NCBI GenBank assembly: GCA_031549385.1
Contig: JAVBPW010000001.1
Location: forward strand, 224,001 to 288,000
Length of the DNA stretch: 64,000 nt
DNA from: Alphaproteobacteria bacterium
GTDB taxonomy: Bacteria > Pseudomonadota > Alphaproteobacteria > Rs-D84 > SZUA-605
Direction of reading: 5' to 3'
How positions within the stretch are numbered: the first letter of the stretch is position 1; the number at the start of each line of letters is the position of its first letter. Below, in pieces: positions 29,053 through 40,245 of this stretch. The position numbers and the translations under genes were made by a program. Below the pieces are notes generated by a model. It was not told the DNA's origin and did not search any database. It was given only the letters and a program-made list of their open reading frames with translations.

Positions 29053-30131
29053 TAATATCTTGTTCCTTTTGGAAGAAGAATATAATAGCTTCCTTGGCTC
29101 TTTTGAATACCTGCTACTTTTAATGCTTTATCACCTGTGCCAAAATATATATCGCCTCTTACTGCACCTTTGATTTTTACTCCTGCATCTTGGGTTACTA
29201 ATAATTTATTATATGGAGCTCCTGATACTGTTGTTGTTAAGAAAATAGGCAAACCTAATGGAATTAATTCTGTATCTATTGCTAAACTTCTTTGTGGTGT
29301 TAATGGCACTCCTTGAGCTCCTAGTGGATGAGATTCTGGAGCTTCTTGGAAAAATATATATCTGTCATTTTCTTTTAAATACTTTCTTGATAACTCTTTA
29401 TTTTCTTTACACCAAGTCTTTACACTTTCTGCTGTATAGCCATCTGCTGGTCTTATCCCTTTTTCCATTAAAATTGTTCCTGCACCTTTAAATGGATGAC
29501 CATTGTTTGCTGCATAATTTAATGATGTTTTTTTACCATCTGGAAGGACTAAAATACCTGAACCCTGTACTTGAAGATGAAATAATTCTTCATGCTCAGT
29601 ATAATATAAAATTGGAGCTTTGCCTGTTACACAGCCTGCTTCAATTTCTTTACGAGTATTATATTTACTTCCTGAAGTTAAATCTGATGGTTTACCATAA
29701 ATTGGAGTATCAAATTTTGCTGTCTTTGTTTTTGAACCTTGCAAATATGGTTGGTAATATCCTGTAAATGTTCCTTTTGAATTACCTTCTGAATTAGACA
29801 CTAAATAAGCATCAAAATGTTGTTCAAAAAATTTACGTGCTTGGCCTTGGTCTACTTTTGCTATATCCTTTGGTAAATCATCACATATTTCTTTTAATTC
29901 TTTTGTTGATACATATATATCAGCTCCATTAACATATTTACCAGCTTTTACTTGCTTACATGATAAAGAAAATGCATATAAAGCATTTGTTGCATTATCT
30001 GTCTTCCATGAAGGAAGTGATGAGTAACTTGTCTTTTTCAAATTTACTTTTTTTGAGCTTACACTTGATAATGTATCGCAACCTGTTAAAAACAAAATTA
30101 TTGAATAAATAGCCGCTTTTTTTAATGTCAT
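29052..30131 (-). CDS. mltA: Membrane-bound lytic murein transglycosylase A
   Basis: Lipobox LTGC, FTGYYQP, LQVQGSG, NDRYIFF, QDAG..IKGAVRGDIYFGTG. Confidence 0.95.
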   Translation of the reverse strand: MTLKKAAIYSIILFLTGCDTLSSVSSKKVNLKKTSYSSLPSWKTDNATNALYAFSLSCKQVKAGKYVNGADIYVSTKELKEICDDLPKDIAKVDQGQARKFFEQHFDAYLVSNSEGNSKGTFTGYYQPYLQGSKTKTAKFDTPIYGKPSDLTSGSKYNTRKEIEAGCVTGKAPILYYTEHEELFHLQVQGSGILVLPDGKKTSLNYAANNGHPFKGAGTILMEKGIRPADGYTAESVKTWCKENKELSRKYLKENDRYIFFQEAPESHPLGAQGVPLTPQRSLAIDTELIPLGLPIFLTTTVSGAPYNKLLVTQDAGVKIKGAVRGDIYFGTGDKALKVAGIQKSQGSYYILLPKGTRY

Positions 30132-30141
30132 TTTTTTCCTT

Positions 30142-30681
30142 TTATAATATTTCTTTTAATTGCCAAGAAGTATCTTTAATTTGTCTTTGTAATATCCAAT
30201 TTTCTTCTAACTGCAATTGATCTTTCTTATTTCTTTTTATTATTTTATTTTGCGAATTTAAAGTAAATCTTATCTGATTACTTATTATTTTTACATTGAT
30301 TTTTGCCGTGTCTGGCGTAAAATTTGTTTTAGTAATTTCTACTTTTTTATATGATTCAATTTCTATATGATTTGCTATTTTTTGTTTTTGATTTTCTTTT
30401 ACTTCATCATAAAAAATATTATACATCTTTGTTGATAATAATGGAGATAAACCTTGAATATCATTTTTTGAAAATAGTTCCCAAATTTTTCCATGAAAAG
30501 ATTTTACTTGATCAATTATTTCTTTTTTTATCTTTTGTTCTTGTTTTTTAATTTCTATTTTTGTTGGTATAGAAATTGTTGCTTTTTTATCAACTTTTGA
30601 TGAGCGATGTAATATATAGTAAAACACACCAAAAATGATGATAGTTAAGGCTAATAATATTATTAAATCTATATATTGCAC
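30142..30681 (-). CDS. Tim44/TimA-like protein
   Basis: N-terminal TM, E.W.L.R.....WQL C-terminus, conserved position between secB and mltA. Confidence 0.8.
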   Translation of the reverse strand: MQYIDLIILLALTIIIFGVFYYILHRSSKVDKKATISIPTKIEIKKQEQKIKKEIIDQVKSFHGKIWELFSKNDIQGLSPLLSTKMYNIFYDEVKENQKQKIANHIEIESYKKVEITKTNFTPDTAKINVKIISNQIRFTLNSQNKIIKRNKKDQLQLEENWILQRQIKDTSWQLKEIL

Positions 30682-30751
30682 TTTAAATTTCCTCTTGGTA
30701 TTATTATATTAATAGTGATTGATAAAATCAATAAAATAAAGGAAAAATGAT

Positions 30752-31219
30752 ATGGAAAATAAACAACAAGAAAAACCAGAAATAGCTATTTTAACACAAT
30801 ATGTTAAAGACTTTTCTTTTGAAGCACCTAATTCACCAGAAATATTTTTTAATAAAGAAAATATTTCTGCAAATATCAATTTGAATATCGATATTAAAGT
30901 TAAAACATTAAAAGAAGATCTTTATAATGTTGATCTTATTTTTAAGATAAATAATACTTATGGAGAAGAAAATAAAAACATATTCTTGATTGAATTAGTT
31001 TATGGTGGGATTGTTACTTTAAATATGCCTGAGGAAAAAAGAGAAAAAACATTACTTACTACTGTTCCTTCTTATTTGTTTCCACATGTTAGAGCTTTAA
31101 TTACACGAGTAACTTCTGAATCTGGATTTCCTCCATTTACACTTGCTCCTATTGATTGGGAAGTAATGTATACAAATAATAAAAATAACGTAAATTCTGT
31201 AAATACTAAAGTTCATTAA
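30752..31219 (+). CDS. secB: Protein-export chaperone
   Basis: QYVKDFSFEAP, ELVYGG, P..LFP..R, GFPP..LAPID. Confidence 0.96.
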   Translation: MENKQQEKPEIAILTQYVKDFSFEAPNSPEIFFNKENISANINLNIDIKVKTLKEDLYNVDLIFKINNTYGEENKNIFLIELVYGGIVTLNMPEEKREKTLLTTVPSYLFPHVRALITRVTSESGFPPFTLAPIDWEVMYTNNKNNVNSVNTKVH

Positions 31220-31244
31220 AAAATAGAACTTAAAAATAAAAAAA

Positions 31245-31293
31245 CCGGCTTTTAGTCGGTTTTTTATTTTTATAAGTCTTTGTTTTATGAGTC
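31245..31293 (+). repeat. Oriented intergenic module (copy 1; also a terminator hairpin)
   Basis: CCGGCTTTT...TAAGTCTTTGTTTTATGAGTC. Confidence 0.85.
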
Positions 31294-31296
31294 TTA

Positions 31297-33220
<1,924 letters not shown>

Positions 33221-33224
<4 letters not shown>

Positions 33225-34027
33225 GCAACTTTCCTTATTTCGTTTTGGTTATTTCTTTGTAGTAATTCTGACGCTAAGGATATGTATGATTTTGATCCAG
33301 CACAATTTAAATCATATAATAAAACTGGCTTACCATGTGATGGAGCTTCTGTTATTCTTACGTTTCTTGGTATTACTGTTTCAAATACTAAATTCTTAAA
33401 ACATGAACGAACATCACTTTCAACTTGTCCTGAAATACTGTTGCGGTTATCAAACATTGTTAATACCACACCTTCAACTTCTAATGCTGGGTTATATTCG
33501 TGTTTTATTTGAGATATTGTTTTTACTAAGTTATGTATTCCTTCCAATGCAAAGAATTCACATTGTAATGGAATTAAAACTGAATCTGATGCAGATAGCG
33601 CGTTAATTGTTAAAAATGATAAAGCTGGTGGGCAATCAATAAACACATAGTCATATTTATCCTTTATACCTTCCAAAGCTGTTTTTAAACAAAAAGCCGG
33701 CGAAATATGATTTGCTAGCTCATTTTCAGCACGTGCAAGTGAAGTGTTTGATGTTATTATATCTAAATTTGGAATATTTGTTTTTGAAATTGCATAATGA
33801 ACCATGTTTGGATTTATTAACATGTCATACACTGTTACTGTACGAGCTTGAGCTGAAACACCTAATCCTGTAGAAGAATTTCCTTGTGAATCCATATCTA
33901 TAATCAAAACTTTCTTTTGTGTAGATACCAAGGCTGTGGCTAAATTTATTGTTGTTGTTGTTTTACCAACTCCACCTTTTTGATTTGCTACAGAAATTAT
34001 CTTTGCTTTTGTTGATAAAGTACTCAT
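33221..34027 (-). CDS. parA: Chromosome partitioning ATPase
   Basis: NQKGGVGKTTT, DSQGN, IDCPP, QCEFFALEG, IPRNVRITEAPSHG. Confidence 0.97.
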
Positions 34028-34155
34028 TTCTTCCCCTTAACTGATTTTACTCTCGGTCATCATTTTAATAAATAAAAAAGTAAGTGCAAGCACTTTCTTA
34101 GACTTTTTACTTGAACTTTTTCTTTTTTTAATATACATTATCTTCCTGTTAACGT

Positions 34156-34232
34156 GTGCCCTTAGCTCAGCAGGATAGAGCAACAGATTTCTAATCTGTG
34201 GGTCAGGGGTTCGAATCCCTTAGGGCACGCCA
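34156..34232 (+). tRNA. tRNA-Arg(UCU)
   Basis: GTGCCCTTAGCTCAG...ACAGA-TTTCTAA-TCTGT...GGTTCGAATCC...AGGGCACGCCA. Confidence 0.97.
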
Positions 34233-34253
34233 CCAACTTGAAGTTGGACACTT
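34233..34253 (+). repeat. tRNA 3' trailer palindrome
   Basis: CCAACTT-G-AAGTTGG-ACACTT directly after CCA. Confidence 0.9.
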
Positions 34254-34295
34254 TAGTTTTATATAATATAGAACGTAACTTGAATAAAAAATTAT

Positions 34296-34373
34296 GGCGG
34301 GTGTAGCTCAGTTGGTTAGAGCGCCAGTTTGTGGTACTGGATGTCGCCGGTTCGAACCCGGTCACTCGCCCCA
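34296..34373 (+). tRNA. tRNA-His(GUG) with encoded G-1:C73
   Basis: G-GCGGGTG...CCAGT-TTGTGGT-ACTGG...CACTCGC-C-CCA. Confidence 0.97.
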
Positions 34374-34394
34374 TCAACTTGAAGTTGAACACTT
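34374..34394 (+). repeat. tRNA 3' trailer palindrome
   Basis: TCAACTT-G-AAGTTGA-ACACTT directly after CCA. Confidence 0.9.
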
Positions 34395-34448
34395 AATTTT
34401 GGATTTTATCAATTTTATTGATTTTGATTAAAAAAGAAAAGGGATTTT

Positions 34449-36122
34449 TTACTTCCCTTCTACTGATTTTAGCTTTTCTTTTAAATCTTCTTTTTCTATA
34501 TCACTTAAACCTTTATTGAAAAGTTCTGCTACTTCCCATTGATAACGAGCATCTCTGAACTTTCCTTGATCATAATATGCTTCGCCTAAATGAATTCTTA
34601 TTGGAGCGTGAGTTGCATTTCTTGAAACACATAATTCTAATAGTCTTATTGCTTCTTTTTGCTTTCCCATTTTGTATAGAGCCCATGCAAATGAATCTAT
34701 ATAATCAATATCTAATGGATTTGAAATTACTGCTTGTTCTATCATCTTTAAAGCATTATCTTGATTTTTATCATGATCTATCCAGAAATACCCTAAATAG
34801 TTTTGAACAACTGGATTGTTTGGTGAAAGAACTAATGCTGTTGCTAATAAATCTTCTACTTTATCAAACTTGCCTAATTTATCGTTGCATAATGCTAGAT
34901 AATAATAAATCTTCCAGTCTGTTGCTTTTTTATTATCTTTTATCTGTTTCTCGGCTGATGAGAATATTTCTAATGCTTTTTTGTAATTTGCTTGTTCAAT
35001 ATATTTTTCACCTAAATACATATAAGCAGTCATATAAAATGGATATTTAGAAATAATTCTTTTGAATATCTTTATTCCTTTTTCTTTATCCCCAGTTTTA
35101 TAAAGATTGTTTGCATACTTTAATTGTGTTGATGGATAAAGGTATGATGTTTTTGGTATTGATAAATATATTGCATTTGCTTTGTCTATTACATTTCTTG
35201 CTTCCCATACTTCTGCTAATAATACTTTTGAAAACTCATGATCCGGAGTTAAGTATAATGAAAGTTGAGTAAAGAACATTGACAGTTCCCAATTTGCAGG
35301 ATTAAATATTAATAATGCAAAATTAGAAAATGCTTCTGAAAAACCATCATTTACATTAGAAAATATGTTTGAATCCCCTGCTTTGTAATTTTGAATGTAG
35401 GAATTTAAAAGAGATGCCATACTTTCATCTATGATTTTTTCATTTACTACTTTTTGAGCTTCTTCAAATTTTGCTTGTTGGCAATAATATTGAACTAATA
35501 ATTGAGCTGCTCTTATACTTATGTTTTCTTTTTGAAATTTTGGTAAAAGTTCATTTATTGTTTTTTCATCTTTTAAATTAATCGCTAAATAAAGCTTGTT
35601 TTGATTTATTAAAGATGTTAATCCTTTTGAATTAATTTTACCAAGAGCATTATAAGCTGCTGTCTTATTATTTTGACCTGCATAAACCCATGCTGATAAT
35701 AAATGTTTTAAAATTTCTTGTTTTGATTCTTGTACTTTGTTTAAATCTTTTCTTGCTTGATCAAAGTTTCCTTCTTTTACTGACATTGCTACTTTTACAA
35801 AGTTTGCTGTGTTTTCTTTTTCAGGAGCTACTTCTGCTGCTCTTTTGAAATCACCCTCTATGATTGCTAAGATATATTCGCTTTTTTTTATTTCTGGAGA
35901 TGAATCTAGTTTTTCTAATTTATCAAAAAAGTTTGTTGCTGCATCAAAATCTGATGTCTTTTTTGCATATGTGCCTGCTAAATACAATGAATATTCATTT
36001 GGAGTTAGTGGTTTTGATGTTGTTAATGTTTCTCTTAAATCTAGTTTATCTTTTAAAATGATACATATTCCAAATATTAAAATTAGTATCCAGTATAGTT
36101 TATATCTTCTTGTCATTTTCAA
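34449..36122 (-). CDS. Membrane-anchored/periplasmic TPR protein
   Basis: YLAG, TPR helices, PVVQNYLGY.W, YIDS.AWALY, HLGEAY...AR.QW typical of the alphaproteobacterial TPR family. Confidence 0.9.
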   Translation of the reverse strand: MKMTRRYKLYWILILIFGICIILKDKLDLRETLTTSKPLTPNEYSLYLAGTYAKKTSDFDAATNFFDKLEKLDSSPEIKKSEYILAIIEGDFKRAAEVAPEKENTANFVKVAMSVKEGNFDQARKDLNKVQESKQEILKHLLSAWVYAGQNNKTAAYNALGKINSKGLTSLINQNKLYLAINLKDEKTINELLPKFQKENISIRAAQLLVQYYCQQAKFEEAQKVVNEKIIDESMASLLNSYIQNYKAGDSNIFSNVNDGFSEAFSNFALLIFNPANWELSMFFTQLSLYLTPDHEFSKVLLAEVWEARNVIDKANAIYLSIPKTSYLYPSTQLKYANNLYKTGDKEKGIKIFKRIISKYPFYMTAYMYLGEKYIEQANYKKALEIFSSAEKQIKDNKKATDWKIYYYLALCNDKLGKFDKVEDLLATALVLSPNNPVVQNYLGYFWIDHDKNQDNALKMIEQAVISNPLDIDYIDSFAWALYKMGKQKEAIRLLELCVSRNATHAPIRIHLGEAYYDQGKFRDARYQWEVAELFNKGLSDIEKEDLKEKLKSVEGK

Positions 36123-36175
36123 TTCTCCTTGCTAGTATAGCATAAACTAATGTTTTAAAAAAAAGAAGTGAAAAA

Positions 36176-36754
36176 ATGGACGAAAATAAAAAAAATTATC
36201 CTAAACTAGAATTATATTTGAACTTATTGAAAGAATGGAATGAGAAGTTTAATTTAGTTGCTCCTTCTACTATTGATAATGCATGGGAACGCCATTTTAT
36301 TGATAGTTTACAGTTAGAAGATTTATTACCTAATAAAGATGTTCTGATTTATGATTTAGGAGCTGGGGCTGGATTTCCTTCTTTAGTTTTATCTGCTCAA
36401 GGATACAAAAACGTATTTGCTGTAGAAAAACTAGCAAAGAAATGTGAATTTTTAAAAGAAGTTAAAAAACAACTCAATTTGCCTGTGAATATTTTAAATA
36501 CTAATATTTCTGCTTTAAAAATTAATAATAAGCCTATTTTTGTAGCAAGAGCGTTTGCTTCTTTGACTAAGATATTTGAAATAACTAAACCTTTTTTTAG
36601 ATTGAATCCCGAATATGTTTTGTTAAAAGGTGAAAACTGGGAAAGAGAAATTGAAGAAGTTAAACAGTATTTTAACTTTGATTTTAAAACTAAGCCCAGT
36701 ATTACTTCTGAAAAAAGTATGATTTTAATTATTAATAATGTGAGGAAGAAATAA
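36176..36754 (+). CDS. rsmG: 16S rRNA m7G527 methyltransferase
   Basis: WN..FNLV, WERHFIDS, DLGAGAGFP, ARAFA, LKG. Confidence 0.95.
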   Translation: MDENKKNYPKLELYLNLLKEWNEKFNLVAPSTIDNAWERHFIDSLQLEDLLPNKDVLIYDLGAGAGFPSLVLSAQGYKNVFAVEKLAKKCEFLKEVKKQLNLPVNILNTNISALKINNKPIFVARAFASLTKIFEITKPFFRLNPEYVLLKGENWEREIEEVKQYFNFDFKTKPSITSEKSMILIINNVRKK

Positions 36755-37392
36755 TGAAATATGTAGAAGAAATTTGTGAAATATTTAAAGACCTTATTCC
36801 AGAACCTGACAGTGAATTACAATATGACAATGAATGGACCTTTGCTGTTGCTGTTATTTTATCTGCTCAAGCAACCGATAAACGAGTTAATATTATAACT
36901 CAAGACTTGTTTAAAGTTGCTAAAACACCGGATGATTTTATTAAATTAGGTCTGGATGGGTTAATTCCTTATATTAAATCTATTAATTATTTTAATAATA
37001 AAGGAAAAAATATTATTGCAGCTGCTCATATGGTTAAAGATGAATTTGGTGGAAAACTTCCTCATACAAAAGAAGGATTATTAAAAATACCAGGTATTGG
37101 TAATAAAACTGCTGGAGTTATTATTAATCAATTATGGGATGGTGGATGTATTCCTGTTGATACACATGTTTTTAGAGTTGCTCATAGACTTGGCTGGGCT
37201 AGTGATAAAGATAATAATCCAGATAAGGTTTCTGAAACTTTAGATAAAATTATACCTCAAGAATATAAAAATGATATTTCTGATTGGATGGTTTTACATG
37301 GAAGATATACTTGCGTGGCTAAAAATCCTAAGTGTGATATTTGCCCTATTACTCAATATTGCGCTTATTATAAAAAATGTTTTAAGAGTTAA
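36754..37392 (+). CDS. nth: Endonuclease III
   Basis: ILSAQATD..VN, HhH motif LLKIPGIGNKTA, VDTHVFR, C-x6-C-x2-C-x5-C. Confidence 0.97.
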   Translation: MKYVEEICEIFKDLIPEPDSELQYDNEWTFAVAVILSAQATDKRVNIITQDLFKVAKTPDDFIKLGLDGLIPYIKSINYFNNKGKNIIAAAHMVKDEFGGKLPHTKEGLLKIPGIGNKTAGVIINQLWDGGCIPVDTHVFRVAHRLGWASDKDNNPDKVSETLDKIIPQEYKNDISDWMVLHGRYTCVAKNPKCDICPITQYCAYYKKCFKS

Positions 37393-37446
37393 AAAACTTC
37401 TTGATTTTAAATTGTTCGTACATATAATAACTAATGCATCAAAAAT

Positions 37447-37520
37447 TGGGGAATCGTCTAATGGTAGGACATCGGTTTTTGGTACCGCGAATCAGGGTTC
37501 GAATCCTTGCTCCCCAACCA
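37447..37520 (+). tRNA. tRNA-Gln(UUG)
   Basis: TGGGGAATCGTCTAATGGTAGGAC...CGGT-TTTTGGT-ACCG...GGTTCGAATCC...CCCCAACCA. Confidence 0.95.
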
Positions 37521-37540
37521 CCAACTTGAAGTAGACACTT
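37521..37540 (+). repeat. tRNA 3' trailer palindrome (degenerate)
   Basis: CCAACTT-G-AAGTAG-ACACTT directly after CCA. Confidence 0.85.
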
Positions 37541-37548
37541 TAAAAGAT

Positions 37549-37569
37549 AATCCCGTGTGGGATTTTTTT
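37549..37569 (+). terminator. Intrinsic terminator
   Basis: AATCCC-GTGT-GGGATT followed by T-run. Confidence 0.75.
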
Positions 37570-37588
37570 ATTTCCTTAATTTTAAATA

Positions 37589-37604
37589 TGTTTCATGTGA
37601 AACA
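37589..37604. promoter_or_regulatory. parS site
   Basis: TGTTTCATGTGAAACA, one mismatch to the consensus TGTTTCACGTGAAACA. Confidence 0.92.
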
Positions 37605-37687
37605 TTGAGATAAGTTGTTGTAATTGACTCGCATTTTGAATCGGGTCATTTTTATCTGTTTAAATATATCAAAAATGCATTTAAATA

Positions 37688-37703
37688 TGTTTCACGTGAA
37701 ACA
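37688..37703. promoter_or_regulatory. parS site
   Basis: Perfect TGTTTCACGTGAAACA. Confidence 0.95.
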
Positions 37704-37748
37704 TTTGGATAACTTACTGTAAATGACTCGGATTTTTGAAAAAGTCGC

Positions 37749-38501
37749 TTAAAAGTCGTATTTTTTAGGTTTAAATGTAGTTTGAGCTTTTTCTTTACTC
37801 ATAACTTCATCTTTTTCATATAAGGATAAATCTTCTAATACTATTTTACCAAAATAAACTCTCATAACTGGTTTCTTTGGATTACTTAAATCTGATGCCC
37901 AAATTTGTGCTGCACCTTCTGTGTCGACTACATTAGGTTGACCATATTTTTCATAAACTCTTTGAAGGAATGCTCTTAGCTTTTCTTTTCTTTGGTATTC
38001 ATAAGCCTCACCAATACCTTCTACTTTATTGGCGTCGTTTTCATATTTGATTTGATATACTAAATTTTCTGTTTGATTTGAGGTAAAAAATAATTCTATT
38101 TTTTCACCAGTTTTATCATTTTGTAGCTTCATATAGTTTGTATAAACTTGCTTTTCTTTTGATGCCTGTTCTATTGTGCATCTTTTTAATTGCTCTGGAG
38201 TTTTAACTTTGCCCCCTCTTCTGCATTCATAATTATAGTTGTATTCAAAGAATTTTGGATAACGTGTGTCTTCTTTTACTACCTTGTAATCACTCTTACG
38301 AAGAGCTTCTTCTTTGATATATTCATAGGTTGAACCTAATACTATTTCATTGATATCAAAGACTTGAACCATTGCTATATTTGGTGAAATTTCCTTTGTT
38401 GTTGATGATTTAAATAAACCAAAAATTTGTGCTTCTGATTGTGAATGCATAAAAAAAGATACTGCAAATAATGGTAAAATCAACTTCCTCATGTTTTTCA
38501 T
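37749..38501 (-). CDS. Exported hypothetical protein
   Basis: 250-aa ORF with signal peptide. Confidence 0.8.
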   Translation of the reverse strand: MKNMRKLILPLFAVSFFMHSQSEAQIFGLFKSSTTKEISPNIAMVQVFDINEIVLGSTYEYIKEEALRKSDYKVVKEDTRYPKFFEYNYNYECRRGGKVKTPEQLKRCTIEQASKEKQVYTNYMKLQNDKTGEKIELFFTSNQTENLVYQIKYENDANKVEGIGEAYEYQRKEKLRAFLQRVYEKYGQPNVVDTEGAAQIWASDLSNPKKPVMRVYFGKIVLEDLSLYEKDEVMSKEKAQTTFKPKKYDF

Positions 38502-38535
38502 TATAGAAAGCTTTTTATAAAAATAAAGGCTTTTT

Positions 38536-39099
38536 TTATTTTTTGATGTTTTTCAATAAAAAATGGTATGAAGCTGAAACTTGCTTGAACTTTTCTTCTT
38601 TTTCTTTATTTCCACCAGTTATATCTGGATGGTATCTTTTAGATAGTTCTTTGTATTTTTGATTAAGCTCTTTCTTGGTTGTTGGCCAAGAAATGCCTAA
38701 AATCTTTATTGCTGTTATATGTTCTCTTGGCAAATTGTTTAGTGTTGGGTCCCCTTTTGAGTTGCTTGTAAAGTCAAAATTTAGGTTATATTTTTCTAAG
38801 ATTTTAAACGGATCTTCCAAACCTTTTATTTTTTCAAGCACTTTTGGATTAATTCCTACACCCATTTTCCATGTCTTTCGTCGGCCTATTATATCAAAAT
38901 CATTTAACATTCCTATTTCTTTTTCATCCATATCTTTATAAAAATTCCAGTTTTTATTGTATTCTGAAGCATGTTTTTGACAGAAATAATGATAATCATG
39001 TGAATTCTTTTTAGGAGCTTTATGTAAACCCTCTTCTTTACAACCCTCTTGATCACAGGGTCTGAACTCTTTCTTTTCCTCTTTTTTTCTGTAATACAT
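38536..39099 (-). CDS. J-domain protein (C-terminal DnaJ domain, alphaproteobacterial type)
   Basis: C...GC...G.HKAPK, FC..HA.EYNKNWNF, C-terminal YHPD. Confidence 0.92.
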   Translation of the reverse strand: MYYRKKEEKKEFRPCDQEGCKEEGLHKAPKKNSHDYHYFCQKHASEYNKNWNFYKDMDEKEIGMLNDFDIIGRRKTWKMGVGINPKVLEKIKGLEDPFKILEKYNLNFDFTSNSKGDPTLNNLPREHITAIKILGISWPTTKKELNQKYKELSKRYHPDITGGNKEKEEKFKQVSASYHFLLKNIKK

Positions 39100-39980
39100 T
39101 ACTTTTCCTTTTTTGATAATGGATGAAAATTTTGAACTGTTTTTACTAATCTTTCATCCATTATGTGAGTATAAATTTGAGTGGTTGATATATCTTCATG
39201 ACCTAATAACATTTGAACTGAACGTAAATCTGCACCACCTTCTATTAAATGAGATGCAAATGAATGGCGAAAAACGTGTGGAGAAACCTTTAATGGTGAA
39301 ATTCCTGCTGCTAATGCTTGCTTTTTTAACATCTTAAAAAATCCATCTCTGGAAATATAACCCTGTTCTGAGTCACTTGGAAATAGAAAGTTGGATATTT
39401 TACGGCCTTTAGGCAAGAAATTGTTGCGAATTTGTAAATATTTGATTAAGGATTCTTTTGCTTTACTATGAAGTGGTATTATTCTTTCTTTATTACCCTT
39501 CCCTGTTACTGATATTTGATCTTTTTCACCTATGAAGGCTGCCAATGGCAATGATACTAATTCTGAAACTCTTAAACCACAAGCATAAAGTAAATACATC
39601 ATAGCCATCAACCTTATACCATTATTATCATCTGGGGTTTTTAATATTAATTCTAGCTCATCCTGAGTTAAATATTTTGGAAGAGAATTTGTTCTTTTTG
39701 GATTTTCTATTTTTTCCATTGGTGATATTTTTATTTCTTTTTCTTCCATTAAGAATTTATAAAATGTTCTTAAAACTGATAGTTTTCTTGAAAGAGTTTT
39801 TTGACTTAATTCTTGTTCATACAAATATTGTATGTAGTTTTGAATATCTGATTTAGTCGCTTTAGTTATGTCATTTTTATAAAAAGAAATGAAATCCTGT
39901 AAATCCGTTTTATAGGAAAGGATTGTGTTTTTCGAATGCCCCTTTTGAGCAAATAACATTTCTAAGAATCTCTCTTGCAT
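39099..39980 (-). CDS. xerD: Tyrosine recombinase XerD
   Basis: LYACGLRVSEL, GKGNKER, SPHVFRHSFASHL..GADLRSVQMLLGH.DISTTQIYTH. Confidence 0.92.
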   Translation of the reverse strand: MQERFLEMLFAQKGHSKNTILSYKTDLQDFISFYKNDITKATKSDIQNYIQYLYEQELSQKTLSRKLSVLRTFYKFLMEEKEIKISPMEKIENPKRTNSLPKYLTQDELELILKTPDDNNGIRLMAMMYLLYACGLRVSELVSLPLAAFIGEKDQISVTGKGNKERIIPLHSKAKESLIKYLQIRNNFLPKGRKISNFLFPSDSEQGYISRDGFFKMLKKQALAAGISPLKVSPHVFRHSFASHLIEGGADLRSVQMLLGHEDISTTQIYTHIMDERLVKTVQNFHPLSKKEK

Positions 39981-40039
39981 TCTTTAATTATAGTTAATTA
40001 AAGGTGAAATTTCAATGAAACATTGATAATTTTATTTTA

Positions 40040-40071
40040 TAACATATTGTTTTTGGATTCTTATTTGACTC
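40040..40071 (+). repeat. Oriented intergenic module (copy 2, no CCGGC)
   Basis: TAACATATTGTTTTTGGATTCTTATTTGACTC. Confidence 0.75.
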
Positions 40072-40101
40072 TTTAGTTTTAACTTAAATTTACTTAAAAT
40101 A

Positions 40102-40162
40102 CCGGCTTTTGATAAAGTTTTTATATTTTATAAGTGCTTGATCTTTGATTCTTATTTGACTC
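40102..40162 (+). repeat. Oriented intergenic module (copy 3)
   Basis: CCGGCTTTT...TAAGTGCTTGATCTTTGATTCTTATTTGACTC. Confidence 0.85.
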
Positions 40163-40245
40163 TTTTGATATTTTTTATGATTCAATTTGAAGCTTCAAAT
40201 AATTTTAAGTGGTATATTCTTATTGCTTGGTTTATAATTTTTTAC

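Noticed and set aside
34162-34392. ORF-track ORFs overlapping tRNAs (also 37271-37534 and 44067-44312)
   Set aside because: Translations of tRNA genes and their trailers
39099-40162. xerD plus adjacent repeats considered as an integron (intI/attI/attC)
   Set aside because: The protein looks like canonical XerD without the IntI insertion, the repeats lack attC RYYYAAC/GTTRRRY ends, and they also flank housekeeping genes
40138-40245. N-terminal extensions given by the ORF track for truB (and virB3 48171, OMP 56409, 62902)
   Set aside because: They run through intergenic repeat or promoter sequence or the neighbouring gene; downstream ATGs fit the family N-termini
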